A DNA stretch of 64,000 bases from Chloroflexota bacterium. Its GTDB lineage: Bacteria > Chloroflexota > UBA11872 > VXOZ01. The position numbers were made by a program, and so were the translations under genes. The stretch is taken from NCBI GenBank assembly GCA_963662335.2, contig CAXXVD010000005.1, positions 1 to 64,000 on the forward strand, given 5' to 3'. Positions 51,627 through 60,990 of this stretch are shown in pieces. Below the pieces are notes generated by a model. It searched no databases and was not told the DNA's origin. It saw only the letters and a program-made list of their open reading frames with translations. Each line of letters starts with the position of its first letter. Position 1 is the first letter of the stretch.

Positions 51627-53060
51627 TTAGCTCTTATTGGCGTAGTACTCGTCGATCATGGCCTGCATGATCTTGCCGGCGCTCTGCATGGCGTCTGCGA
51701 CGGTCATTTCCTGCTTCCACGCCATGTTTACGTGGTCCAGGTAGACCCGGCGAATGTCAACGTAGTTGGGGTAGATTTGCGTCATGAAGCCATTGCCCTC
51801 GCCAATCGGCTCCGTGATTGGGGTCAACTCGCGCGGCGGACGCGCCTTCTGTTCCGCCAGGCGCGGGTCGTCCCACGCCGATTTCACCACGGGCATGCCG
51901 TAGTTCAGCAACGTGGTGACGCCGACCTGCACCTCGAGATCGGTGCTGACGAACTTTATCAGTTCCCACGTAGCGTCGGGATACTTGGCGCCGGACCACA
52001 TGTACTGCACCGGCGTGTAGCTGCCCACCGCGTCCGAGTGCTCGCTTGCTACGCTGTGAGCCGGGAAGCGCCGCGCCTTGACCGGCAATTCCTCGACGCC
52101 CGGCACGTTCCAGCCGGATTCAGTGTTGAACCACGTGTGGAATACCGCGGCGCGCTGGTGCACGAACGGCGAATCACGGCGTTGTTCCGCCGGCAGGGTG
52201 TCATTGAGCGCCACCACGTCTTCCCGGGTCGGCTTCACGCGGTACTTGAACTCGAGGTCATACAGGAACTGGATGACGTCGATGAACTCCGGTTCGTGCA
52301 GCCGGAAGCGGGAATAGTCGTCGGAGACGAAGTTCGTGCCGTTCTGGATGAGCATCGTCGGCACTTCGGTGGTGGAGTCGTTGCGGCTGTAGAAGCCCCA
52401 GATGGGATTCTGATCGGCGCTGGAGCGTTGCGTAATCTCACGCGCCGTCTCGAGCAATTCGCCGCCGTCACTGGGATTCCATGACTTTGGCGGTTCGTTG
52501 ATGCCGAACTTATCGAGAAGGGCCGTGTTGTAGATTTGGATAGTGGCCAGCACGCCGTAGGGGAACGTCCACAGCTTGCCTTCCGGGTCCTGCAGCCAAT
52601 CGATGCCCACCACGTCGGCGAGCGCGGCTCCATCGCGCTGGACAAAGGGCGTCAGGTCGGCGATATAGCCGGCGTCCCGGTACTGAGGATAGCGGGTGGG
52701 TTCCGGGCCGAGGATGTCCGGCGCCGAACCGGCGGCGAGTTCGGTGACCTGCTTATCCATGAGCGCCCGATACGCCATGGACTGCCAGTTGACCGTGATG
52801 TTGGGATGCAGTTCCGCGAACGGGCCGAGCACGAGATCTTCGAAAGCGCCGGCGTTCTCCGCGATGTTCACGACCCAGTTGACGTTGACGGTCGCCTCTT
52901 CCATCTTGGGCGCGTCATCGGACGTGGGCGCATCGTCGGCTGCCGGCGCGGCCGCCGGCGCCTGGGCCACGCCGCAGGCGGCAAACACGGCTACGGTTCC
53001 CGCGCCCGCCGTCGCCGCCAAGAGGCCGCGGCGCGTGATGCTTGTTCGTTGTCCGCTCAT
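51627..53060 (-). CDS. Extracellular solute-binding protein (CUT1/SBP_bac_1-like), Tat lipoprotein
   Basis: TRRGLL and FAAC; AGSAPDI, DLTP, IYNTALLDKFGINEPP, HPD-like ATWELIKF. Confidence 0.88.
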   Translation of the reverse strand: MSGQRTSITRRGLLAATAGAGTVAVFAACGVAQAPAAAPAADDAPTSDDAPKMEEATVNVNWVVNIAENAGAFEDLVLGPFAELHPNITVNWQSMAYRALMDKQVTELAAGSAPDILGPEPTRYPQYRDAGYIADLTPFVQRDGAALADVVGIDWLQDPEGKLWTFPYGVLATIQIYNTALLDKFGINEPPKSWNPSDGGELLETAREITQRSSADQNPIWGFYSRNDSTTEVPTMLIQNGTNFVSDDYSRFRLHEPEFIDVIQFLYDLEFKYRVKPTREDVVALNDTLPAEQRRDSPFVHQRAAVFHTWFNTESGWNVPGVEELPVKARRFPAHSVASEHSDAVGSYTPVQYMWSGAKYPDATWELIKFVSTDLEVQVGVTTLLNYGMPVVKSAWDDPRLAEQKARPPRELTPITEPIGEGNGFMTQIYPNYVDIRRVYLDHVNMAWKQEMTVADAMQSAGKIMQAMIDEYYANKS

Positions 53061-53214
53061 CTTTCGTTTCCTCCAGATGTGGCACCAACACAAAACTGGC
53101 GTCCGCACACCGGGTCACCCGCATGCTGCGGACGCTATCCACCGCTCGACCACTCCTGCCTCCTTTCCGGCCAGCATACACTGGGCTTGGTATCCGCTAA
53201 ACTTCGCTGTGTCA

Positions 53215-53243
53215 ATTCTAGAGCAAGGGGCGACTGTTGACAA
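53215..53243 (-). promoter_or_regulatory. Sigma70 promoter of the solute-binding protein gene at 51627..53060
   Basis: TTGTCA-17-TAGAAT on the minus strand. Confidence 0.55.
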
Positions 53244-53262
53244 TTGCCCCCTGCCGACACCG

Positions 53263-54696
53263 CTACTCCTTATCGGCCCAATACGCGTCAATCACCGCCT
53301 GCGTGTGTTTGCTGGCGTTCTGCATGGCTTCCTCTACGGTGAGCTCCTGCTGCCACACCAGTGCCTTCTGCTCGTTGAAGAATCCCAGATGCTCCCGCCA
53401 GCCGGGGAAGATCTGGGTGATGAAGCCGCGGCCTTCCCGCAGCGGCGTGGCAATGGCGCTAATCTCGCGCGGCGGACGGGACTTGGTCGCCACCAGGCGG
53501 GGATCGTCCCACGCGTTTGCGTTCGCCGACAGGCCGTAGTTGAGCAGCGTGGTCACCGCCACACCGAACTCGATGTCCGACATGGCGAACTTCATGAACT
53601 CCCAGACGGCGTCCGGGTGCTTCGCGCCGGACCACATGTATTGCACCGCGGTCCAACCGGCAACCTTGCCGGCATTTGGCCCGCCCTTGCTGCTCTCCAG
53701 CATGGGAACGGCCTTCATGGGCAGGTTTTCCACGTCCGGGTGCGTCCAGCCGCTCTCGGCGTTGAACCACGTGTTGTTCATGGCCGCGCGCCCGTGCACG
53801 AAGAGCGCGTCGCGGTGCCGGCCCTCGCCCAGGGTCTCTCGGAACGCAGCCTTGGCTTCAGCGGTCGGGGCCACGCGGTACTTGAATTCAAGGTCGTACA
53901 TGAACTGTATGGCCTCGATGAACTCGGGCTCGTGCATGGTTGCCCGCCTCAGGTCATCGGAGAGGAAGTTGCCGCCGTTCTGCACGACGTAGGTGCTCAA
54001 CTCGGTTGTGTAGTCGGCGCCGGTGTAAATGCCCCAAATCGGGTCCGGTTCGCTGCTGGCCCTGCTCGTAATCTCCCGCGCGACGTCAATGTACTCGCCG
54101 CCGTCGCTGGCATTCCAGTGCCGGGGCGGCTCGCTGATCCCGTACTTGTCGAAGATGGACGTATTGTAGATGTGGATGGTGCCGAGCGCCGTGTAGGGCA
54201 TGGACCAGAAGCGCCCCTGCGGGTCGACGATCCAATCGAGCGCCACGGTGTCGCCGAGTTGACTCTGGTCGCGCTTGTAGAGGTCGGTGACTTCGCGCAC
54301 AAAGCCCTTGTCCGTCCACTCGATCCAGCGCGTGGGATCGGGAGTGAGGATGTCAATGGCCTCGTTGGCGGCCAGTTCGGCCAGCATCTTGTCATAATGC
54401 GCCCGGTACGGCGAGCCCTCATACGTGAGGTCGATGTCGGGGTGCATCTCCCGAAACCGGTTGATCACGCCGTCCTCGAACGCTTGCGCGTTCTCCGCGA
54501 CGTTCACGATCCAACGTATGTTGACGGTTGCCGGCTCCGCCTTAGGAGCGTCTTCAGACTGCGGCGCGTCATCGGCTACCGGCGCATCGGTCGGCGCCTG
54601 GGCCACGCCGCAGGCGGCCAGCAGGGCGGCCCCACCGAAACCTGCCGCGCCGGCGAGAAACCGCCGTCTGCTCAAACTGCTGAATGCGCTACGCAT
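53263..54696 (-). CDS. Paralogous extracellular solute-binding protein, Tat lipoprotein
   Basis: SRRRFL and LAAC; shares ACGVAQAP, VNxAENA, WFNxESGW and VQYMWSGAK with its neighbour. Confidence 0.88.
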   Translation of the reverse strand: MRSAFSSLSRRRFLAGAAGFGGAALLAACGVAQAPTDAPVADDAPQSEDAPKAEPATVNIRWIVNVAENAQAFEDGVINRFREMHPDIDLTYEGSPYRAHYDKMLAELAANEAIDILTPDPTRWIEWTDKGFVREVTDLYKRDQSQLGDTVALDWIVDPQGRFWSMPYTALGTIHIYNTSIFDKYGISEPPRHWNASDGGEYIDVAREITSRASSEPDPIWGIYTGADYTTELSTYVVQNGGNFLSDDLRRATMHEPEFIEAIQFMYDLEFKYRVAPTAEAKAAFRETLGEGRHRDALFVHGRAAMNNTWFNAESGWTHPDVENLPMKAVPMLESSKGGPNAGKVAGWTAVQYMWSGAKHPDAVWEFMKFAMSDIEFGVAVTTLLNYGLSANANAWDDPRLVATKSRPPREISAIATPLREGRGFITQIFPGWREHLGFFNEQKALVWQQELTVEEAMQNASKHTQAVIDAYWADKE

Positions 54697-54792
54697 ATCG
54701 GTCCTCCTGATGCGTTTGCTTGGCGTACACTATCTTACGCCCCCGCCCCCAAAGCGATTGCCGGCATGGCCTCCTTTCTCTCCTACGCCTGG

Positions 54793-55617
54793 CTAAGCGG
54801 GCGAGAGAGCAGTTCTGAACTCTTCCCCGGTGGCGGTAAGCGCGCCGCCGATTTCCAGCCAATGAATGAAGGCTTTGGTCATCAGGTTCTCTTCGGTTGA
54901 CCATGCCGTTTCCGAGGCGGCGGTGCAGTCCCGCAGCACAATGGCGCGATAGCGGTTGCGGGTCTGCAAGATGCCGCCGGGCTTCATGAGCAGGCAGAAG
55001 TTCAACAGGAAACCAACGTAGACGAGATTGAGAATCTTGCGCTCTGCGAGGAAACGCTCGATTTGGTGAGGCTGAGAGAAGAGAAAGTCGCGGGGGTCGG
55101 GTTTGACGCAGTCGGCAAAGTCGTAGTTGTCCCGGATCTTTTGCCACGGTTCTGCGTACCCCTCGCCAAAGACGGTGCGGTAGTACTCGGCCAGTAATTC
55201 CCGGCGGAATTCCGGCGGCGGCCAATCGGGGGTGTCGTCGTCGGACTTTGCCGACGGTTCCGGCGGCGCATACCCGGGATAGCGCGCGAGAATCTGGGGC
55301 GGCTCGTTGTGAACGACCGGCACCCCGGCGTCGCGCGCCGCTTGGAGCACGGGCACAATCTCTTCTTCCATGATTCTGCCCGCGCGCTTGGCCACGCCGT
55401 GCCCGCCCATGTAGTTGTACTCCCAGTACTTCTCCACACCGGGAATCACCGGCTCGCCGTCAGCGCCGAGATTCCACATGTCGATGGCAATGACAGCCGT
55501 GTTCGCGGTGTCGAGTTCTACGGTTTTGTGCACGTGGCCGTAGTTGCGGTCGTCGTACGCCTGCCCGGGCAGCGGGTAGACGCGATACGAGCGCACCGGC
55601 ATGTGAAACGTGCTCAT
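54793..55617 (-). CDS. Isochorismatase-like cysteine hydrolase
   Basis: TAVIAIDMW, ARDAGVPVVH, VYVGFLLNFC, VLRDCT; start set at MSTFH. Confidence 0.82.
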   Translation of the reverse strand: MSTFHMPVRSYRVYPLPGQAYDDRNYGHVHKTVELDTANTAVIAIDMWNLGADGEPVIPGVEKYWEYNYMGGHGVAKRAGRIMEEEIVPVLQAARDAGVPVVHNEPPQILARYPGYAPPEPSAKSDDDTPDWPPPEFRRELLAEYYRTVFGEGYAEPWQKIRDNYDFADCVKPDPRDFLFSQPHQIERFLAERKILNLVYVGFLLNFCLLMKPGGILQTRNRYRAIVLRDCTAASETAWSTEENLMTKAFIHWLEIGGALTATGEEFRTALSPA

Positions 55618-55649
55618 CGAACCGCGTGTCCGCCCATTGCTCAACATCC

Positions 55650-56951
55650 CTAATAGGGCCGATTGAACGGCACCGTTGCCGCCGCCACTTCCTCGGTCAC
55701 GCGACCGGGACCGGCGTCCCGCGCTCGCCGCAACTCCAGCAGCGTATCCTCCACCGCTTCCAGCGTCTCCGCCACGTCTTCGTCGCTGTGGGCGTAGAGC
55801 ACGTTGTTCCAACTGCCCTTGAGCATTACGCCGCGCTTGGCGAGGCCGGTATAGAAGAACGTGCCGGCGTCGGCAGGCAGCGGCTCGCCACCGCCAATGA
55901 AGCGGATGCCGAACAACGCCGGCGGCCCAAAGGACGCCATGGGGATGCCCACCCGCTGCGAGACCTGTTCCACACCGTCCATGACGGCTTGCGAAATGCG
56001 GTTGATGTGCCCGGCCACGTCCTCGTCGCGGCAGATGCGGAGCGTGGCGATGCCCGCCGCCAGGGAGAGCGTCTCCCCGCCAAACGTGAGACTGATCAAA
56101 CAGTCGGCGGTCTTCTCCATGATGTCGCGCCGGCCGGCCACCGCACCCAGCGACATGCCGTTGGCCATGCCCTTGGCGTAGGTGGCGATGTCCGGCTCCA
56201 CGCCGTAGTACTCCTGCGCGCCGCCCCGGGCAAAGCGGTAGCCGGTCATGCACTCGTCGTAGATGACGAGCGCGCCGTTGCGGTGCGCCAGATCCTTTAG
56301 GTCACTGAGAAAACCAGGCTCAGGCTCCTTGAGCGGTTCCGCGCAATCGAACGACACGGCGGCCACCTTGCCGTCGTTGAGCGCGAAGAGTTCCTCCAGG
56401 TGGTTGAGGTCGTTGAAGCGGAACTGTTGATTCAAATGATGGAACGCGGCCGGCATGCCGCCGTCGTTGCGCCAGTAGTTCCACTCGTCCGCCCAGCCGC
56501 GGTAGCCGTTGTTGAGGATGATTTCGCGCTTGGTGTACGCGCGCGCGATGCGGGTGGCGCACAGGTTGACGTCCACCCCGCCTTTCAAGAAACGCACCAT
56601 TTCGGCGCACGGCACGGTCTCGATCACCAGTTTGGCGCACTCGATCTCCGGCTCGGAGGGCGTGCTGAAGAGCATGCCGCTTTGCAGTTGCTCCGCCACC
56701 GCCCGGTCGACGTCCGGGTGACAGTACCCCAGCAAGACGCCGCCGGAAGCGCCGTAGTAGTCGATGTAACTGTTGCCGTTCACGTCCCACAACCGGGAGC
56801 CCCGCCCATGGGACATGAAGATGGGCATGGCGCCATAGGACGCGGGATTGGGCCGCTTGCCCTTGGTCTGCGAGCCGCCGGGCATGAGGCGCACGGCCTC
56901 TTCATAGAGTGCAACGGAACGGGAAACGTCGAGCTTGGTGGCGCTGGCCAT
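55650..56951 (-). CDS. Class III PLP aminotransferase (GSA-mutase-like)
   Basis: WDVNGNSYIDY, EMVRFLKGG, IYDECMTGYR, PDIATYAKGMANG. Confidence 0.9.
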   Translation of the reverse strand: MASATKLDVSRSVALYEEAVRLMPGGSQTKGKRPNPASYGAMPIFMSHGRGSRLWDVNGNSYIDYYGASGGVLLGYCHPDVDRAVAEQLQSGMLFSTPSEPEIECAKLVIETVPCAEMVRFLKGGVDVNLCATRIARAYTKREIILNNGYRGWADEWNYWRNDGGMPAAFHHLNQQFRFNDLNHLEELFALNDGKVAAVSFDCAEPLKEPEPGFLSDLKDLAHRNGALVIYDECMTGYRFARGGAQEYYGVEPDIATYAKGMANGMSLGAVAGRRDIMEKTADCLISLTFGGETLSLAAGIATLRICRDEDVAGHINRISQAVMDGVEQVSQRVGIPMASFGPPALFGIRFIGGGEPLPADAGTFFYTGLAKRGVMLKGSWNNVLYAHSDEDVAETLEAVEDTLLELRRARDAGPGRVTEEVAAATVPFNRPY

Positions 56952-56963
56952 GGGGCACGTCCT

Positions 56964-57794
56964 TTACAGTGCGAACAGTCGTTGCGCGTTGGCGGAGATA
57001 ATGAGTTGCTTTTCTTGATCGCTGATCTCGGCGTGCTCAATGCTGAGCTTGGCGGATTCGGGATAGAAGATCGGACAGTTCGTGCCCAGAAGCAGGTGGT
57101 CGGCGCCGACTTGCGCGCAGAGTTGCTCGATGTCGTCCACCGGCCCCTGCACGCGGGAAACGTCGAAGTAGAGGTTGTCGTTCTTGTACGCCCGCCGCCA
57201 GATGTCCGCGATGTGCGCGAAGCGCCCGGTGCACACGAGAAAGCGCACGCCGGGAAAGGTGCAGATGGCTTCCACGGCGTCAGTAGTGGTAACCGGCGGC
57301 ACCTTGACGTGCCAGTGATGCCAGCGCGAGTCCTCCAGCGCCAGCGTGAGGAGCACCACGAGGTCTTCGGCTTTGGCGCGTTCGAGCAGCGCCAGCGCGT
57401 TGCTCGTGAGCATGTGGTACTGAGCATACGCTTCCAAGCTGGCGTCCATGACGCGGGTGGTGTGGGGTTCCAGCAGCGTGAATTGATGGTAGTTGGGATG
57501 AATGCGCAGGTTGCTCATGCCGAATTCCTCTACACAGCGCGTAAAGTCCTGCTCCCAACACGGCATGGCCGAATTGATGGTATAGGCCGGCACAAACCGG
57601 TCTGGGCGCCCCTGCACGATGCGATGCAACTCGCGGTTGCCCACCATCACGTCTTTGTAGAAGACGTTCTCCAGGCGCGAGACCACCGCCTTCTCGATGC
57701 CGAGCGCGTCCATCTTGCGCAGCAGCGCGTCCGGCGTCGCGTGATTGAGGCGGCGGAAGGGCCATTCGCCGACGTAGGCGTTCGCGTCGATCAT
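56964..57794 (-). CDS. Amidohydro_2-fold protein with degenerate metal motif
   Basis: MIDANAYVG instead of DxHxH; RIHPNYH; LLLGTNCP instead of G(S/T)DxP. Confidence 0.8.
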   Translation of the reverse strand: MIDANAYVGEWPFRRLNHATPDALLRKMDALGIEKAVVSRLENVFYKDVMVGNRELHRIVQGRPDRFVPAYTINSAMPCWEQDFTRCVEEFGMSNLRIHPNYHQFTLLEPHTTRVMDASLEAYAQYHMLTSNALALLERAKAEDLVVLLTLALEDSRWHHWHVKVPPVTTTDAVEAICTFPGVRFLVCTGRFAHIADIWRRAYKNDNLYFDVSRVQGPVDDIEQLCAQVGADHLLLGTNCPIFYPESAKLSIEHAEISDQEKQLIISANAQRLFAL

Positions 57795-58594
57795 GGCGCA
57801 GCCACCTCCCGGCGCCGGTCGAATTGGCTCCACCCGACCGTCTGCCGCGTGAAGATGCCGAGAGCGTTGCGCCAGAGTATCTTCTCTTTTTCTTCATCGG
57901 AGATTGCCGCGCCGTAGACCTTCGCCAGTTGGGACATGAACGAGCGCGGCGCGTTGAGGTCGCTGCCGTAGACCACGCGGTCGGCCCCGGCGTGTTCCAC
58001 CAGGGTCTCGGTATAGCCGTTGGTGGCATCGCCGCCGCCGATGTCCATGTAGAGGTTCGGCACGCCCTGGGCCGCCTTGGCGCCGTATTCCATGTCGCTG
58101 CCGGAGTGGCCGAAGAAGAAGCTGACATCGGGATGCCGCAGCCCGGCCTCGCGCATTTCGAAGGGATTGGTCTCGCCGGGCATGTTGCCGGTCACCGCCA
58201 TGTAAGTGTGCTGGAGCACCGGCAGTTTGTGTTCGGCCAGAAGGGCATAGATGCCTTCCAGGCGCGGGTCGTTGGCTTTCACGCCGGTCCAAAGCTTCGC
58301 GCCCTGATGGCCGTCCCAGGCCTGCACGCGCCGCAGCAGTTCGGCCTGCATCGCTTCCGGGTGGTAGGGGTTGAGATACCACATGGGTATCACGCAGTCG
58401 GTGTTTTCGGAAGCTACCTTAAAGGTAAGGTCGTTGCAGGCGGCGACGTATTCGGGGGTAGGCAGCGTAGGCGGGTAGTTGTTGTTGGAGTTGAGGACGT
58501 TGATGCAGAGGATGACGCCCAGCCGCCGCGCCTTGCGCAACGAGACCGTAATCTCGTGGTCGTTCTTGACGTGGGAATGAACGTCGATGATCAC
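57791..58594 (-). CDS. Amidohydro_2 family metallo-hydrolase
   Basis: IIDVHSH, PVLQH, GHSG, RVVYGSD; 4-bp overlap with its partner. Confidence 0.88.
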   Translation of the reverse strand: MIIDVHSHVKNDHEITVSLRKARRLGVILCINVLNSNNNYPPTLPTPEYVAACNDLTFKVASENTDCVIPMWYLNPYHPEAMQAELLRRVQAWDGHQGAKLWTGVKANDPRLEGIYALLAEHKLPVLQHTYMAVTGNMPGETNPFEMREAGLRHPDVSFFFGHSGSDMEYGAKAAQGVPNLYMDIGGGDATNGYTETLVEHAGADRVVYGSDLNAPRSFMSQLAKVYGAAISDEEKEKILWRNALGIFTRQTVGWSQFDRRREVAAP

Positions 58595-58642
58595 CCGCGC
58601 ATCCTCCCCCGACCGGACCACCCACACAAGCATCACGCGGTT

Positions 58643-58672
58643 AGTTTATGCATTCCTCGCGCACACTGTCAA
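58643..58672 (-). promoter_or_regulatory. Sigma70 promoter of the amidohydrolase operon
   Basis: TTGACA-18-TAAACT on the minus strand. Confidence 0.55.
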
Positions 58673-58685
58673 ATCTTCTACGCTG

Positions 58686-59708
58686 CTACCTGCCCAGTAC
58701 CGCGAGCGCCGCCTCGATACCGGCTATTGCATTGCGCTCCGCCTTCAGCGCGTGCCCGATGAGCGTGCCCGCCTGTGCTCTTTCCACTGCCAGCCACGAC
58801 TCTCTGGCGCAGGCCGCATCACAGAGGTCGTGCAGGGGATTCAGCGACTCCATTTCCTGGTCGTAATGGTCTGCCGCCGCTTCGAGTTGCTCGTTCGCTT
58901 CCGGCAAGATCGTGCCTATTTCGCGCAGGTAGGCCGCGACGGCAACCCGCCGGTACATGAGCATCTCAAGGTGGTGGTGCGAACCATTGACCGGCACGTC
59001 CGCCGACGTGAAGGCCTGCTGCCAGACTTCGTAGGCTGCGAATCCGTGTGGAGTTGCCCGCCTATTGGCATTGCGTGCGTCGTCTTCCGCGTATCTCTTT
59101 GCGTGCGCGCAAGCAACCGCGTTCCGCAGCGCCGTCAGATGCGTTGCCCGCTCGTCCGCGGCGCTTGGCCGGTCATAGACCATAACCCAGATCGACTCTT
59201 CCGGTTCGGCGTGGCCGATTTCGTCGTACCGCACCTCGTAAGCGCCATCTACGAACGGGTGGCGGATCGTGTACGTCTCGTCCGCCTCGTCGTAGCCGAC
59301 AATCAGGCCCCAGCACACGCCATGGTGATGGCTCGCCGCAAGCTCCCGGCTCATTGGCGACCACGCCAGCGCGGGAACGCCGCGTTTCAGACCGGCCAGG
59401 ACAGCGTCTCTCACGTTCCGCTTCAGCGCAGCCAAGTCGGCGTCCGAATCTTGTTCGCTGGACATGAACGTGCGGAATTGCGCAATCTGCGGGAGCAAGT
59501 CCAAGGCCGGCCCCCAGTCAAGATGGTCGTGGTTGACGTGTTTGCCGCCCTCTTTCATGTCGAATTGGAAGGCGTGACCGAGTACGCCCTGCAAGCGCGC
59601 CATGGTCCACCCCGGCCGGCCGGCGGTTTGCAGCAACGGACAGAGACAGGATGCAAGAGTCGTGCCCTGGTGCGGCATCGCCGGGCTGACATCGACCATG
59701 AACTTCAT
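58686..59708 (-). CDS. Hypothetical protein, possible papain-like (C39/BtrH-N-like) fold
   Basis: LQGVLGHAFQF, RGVPALAW, WGLIVGYD pattern, helical C-terminus. Confidence 0.55.
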   Translation of the reverse strand: MKFMVDVSPAMPHQGTTLASCLCPLLQTAGRPGWTMARLQGVLGHAFQFDMKEGGKHVNHDHLDWGPALDLLPQIAQFRTFMSSEQDSDADLAALKRNVRDAVLAGLKRGVPALAWSPMSRELAASHHHGVCWGLIVGYDEADETYTIRHPFVDGAYEVRYDEIGHAEPEESIWVMVYDRPSAADERATHLTALRNAVACAHAKRYAEDDARNANRRATPHGFAAYEVWQQAFTSADVPVNGSHHHLEMLMYRRVAVAAYLREIGTILPEANEQLEAAADHYDQEMESLNPLHDLCDAACARESWLAVERAQAGTLIGHALKAERNAIAGIEAALAVLGR

Positions 59709-59848
59709 ACTTCATCCCTTGGCCAGCGTCGCAGCCGGCATAATGGACGATGTTCGCGCGCGGTTTCTCTCCGCCAGGTGAACGGCGAACATCCACATTG
59801 GAGAGTACTCCACAAAGCTGAAGAACGCGGCTGGAGCGGGCGCGCCGG

Positions 59849-60865
59849 CTATGGCGCGGTGCGCTCCGGCAGTACCGGCACGGCCGGCACCTGCTGCAGG
59901 GACCCGCTAAAGCCGGCTTCCGTGGCGCAGAGTGTCGCCTGCATGCTCTCAATCGCGTCCTGCGTGCTCACGATTGGGTCATGTCCCGCGCAGGCGGTGC
60001 GGACGAAGTTCGCGAAGATGTCTTGCTGTTCTGGCAGATCGGTGAATTCCTGCGCCTCGTCCCAGCGATAGAGCCACACCCTGCCGTCGTGCGTGATCTC
60101 CGCCTGCCCCTCGGTGCCCAGAATTTTGAGGCGGTTGTCCATGCGCCCCAGGCTGGGCGGCACCAGACGGTGGTGCTCCATCACCGCGCTCACGCCGCCG
60201 TCCATGCGGAAGAGCATCTGCCCGACGTTGTGGTAGTGCGCATCGTCCGGGCGGCCGATATTGGCTTCCGTGCCGATCACGCTCCGGTACTCCAGGCCGG
60301 TGATCCAGCGCACGATGTCGATGTCGTGGATGAGCAGGTCCAGCACCGGCCCGGCGGAGAGCCGCCGGTCGAAGAACCACTCCGGCCGCACGCCGCGCCG
60401 CTCGGTGGCCGCGATCAGCGCGTAGGCCAGCGCCACCTCGCCAATGCGACCGCTTTGCACTACATCGCGCACGGCGCGGTAGACCGGATTGCCCCGCCGG
60501 CTGAAGAGTTGCCCAACGTGAAGACCGGTATTCTGCTGGAGAATCCCGATGATGCGGTCAAGCTCCGCCTGGCTCGCCGCCATCGGCTTTTCCGAGAGTA
60601 CCGGATAGCCGGCCTCCAGCGCCGCGGCCACGGTCTCGCCCTGGTGGACCGGCAACTGAAAGCTGGCGATGACGTCGATGTCGTCCCGCGCTAGCAGCGC
60701 ATGGTAGTCGTCACAGAGAGCGGCCTGGTACTCTTCCGCCAGTGCCGCGGCCTGTTCGCCCGCATTGGCGACCGCCGCGAGCGAGATTTCAGGGTCGTTG
60801 TCCACGGCGCCGAATACGCGCTCAACGTGCTGCTCAAGTCCGATCAGTCCGATGCGGTATGGCAT
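59849..60865 (-). CDS. Gfo/Idh/MocA family oxidoreductase
   Basis: RIGLIG, VLSEKPMA, GRIGE, LDLLIHDID. Confidence 0.92.
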   Translation of the reverse strand: MPYRIGLIGLEQHVERVFGAVDNDPEISLAAVANAGEQAAALAEEYQAALCDDYHALLARDDIDVIASFQLPVHQGETVAAALEAGYPVLSEKPMAASQAELDRIIGILQQNTGLHVGQLFSRRGNPVYRAVRDVVQSGRIGEVALAYALIAATERRGVRPEWFFDRRLSAGPVLDLLIHDIDIVRWITGLEYRSVIGTEANIGRPDDAHYHNVGQMLFRMDGGVSAVMEHHRLVPPSLGRMDNRLKILGTEGQAEITHDGRVWLYRWDEAQEFTDLPEQQDIFANFVRTACAGHDPIVSTQDAIESMQATLCATEAGFSGSLQQVPAVPVLPERTAP

Positions 60866-60990
60866 AGCCGCCTCCTGCTTCTCGTTGTCCGCTGCCAAAT
60901 GGCGGCAGAAGAAACTTTACATAATCCAACCCTTGGCTAGCTTGCGTCGAACGAAAGAGGCACTGCCGTTGGTTCGGCTTGCCGCGCCGG

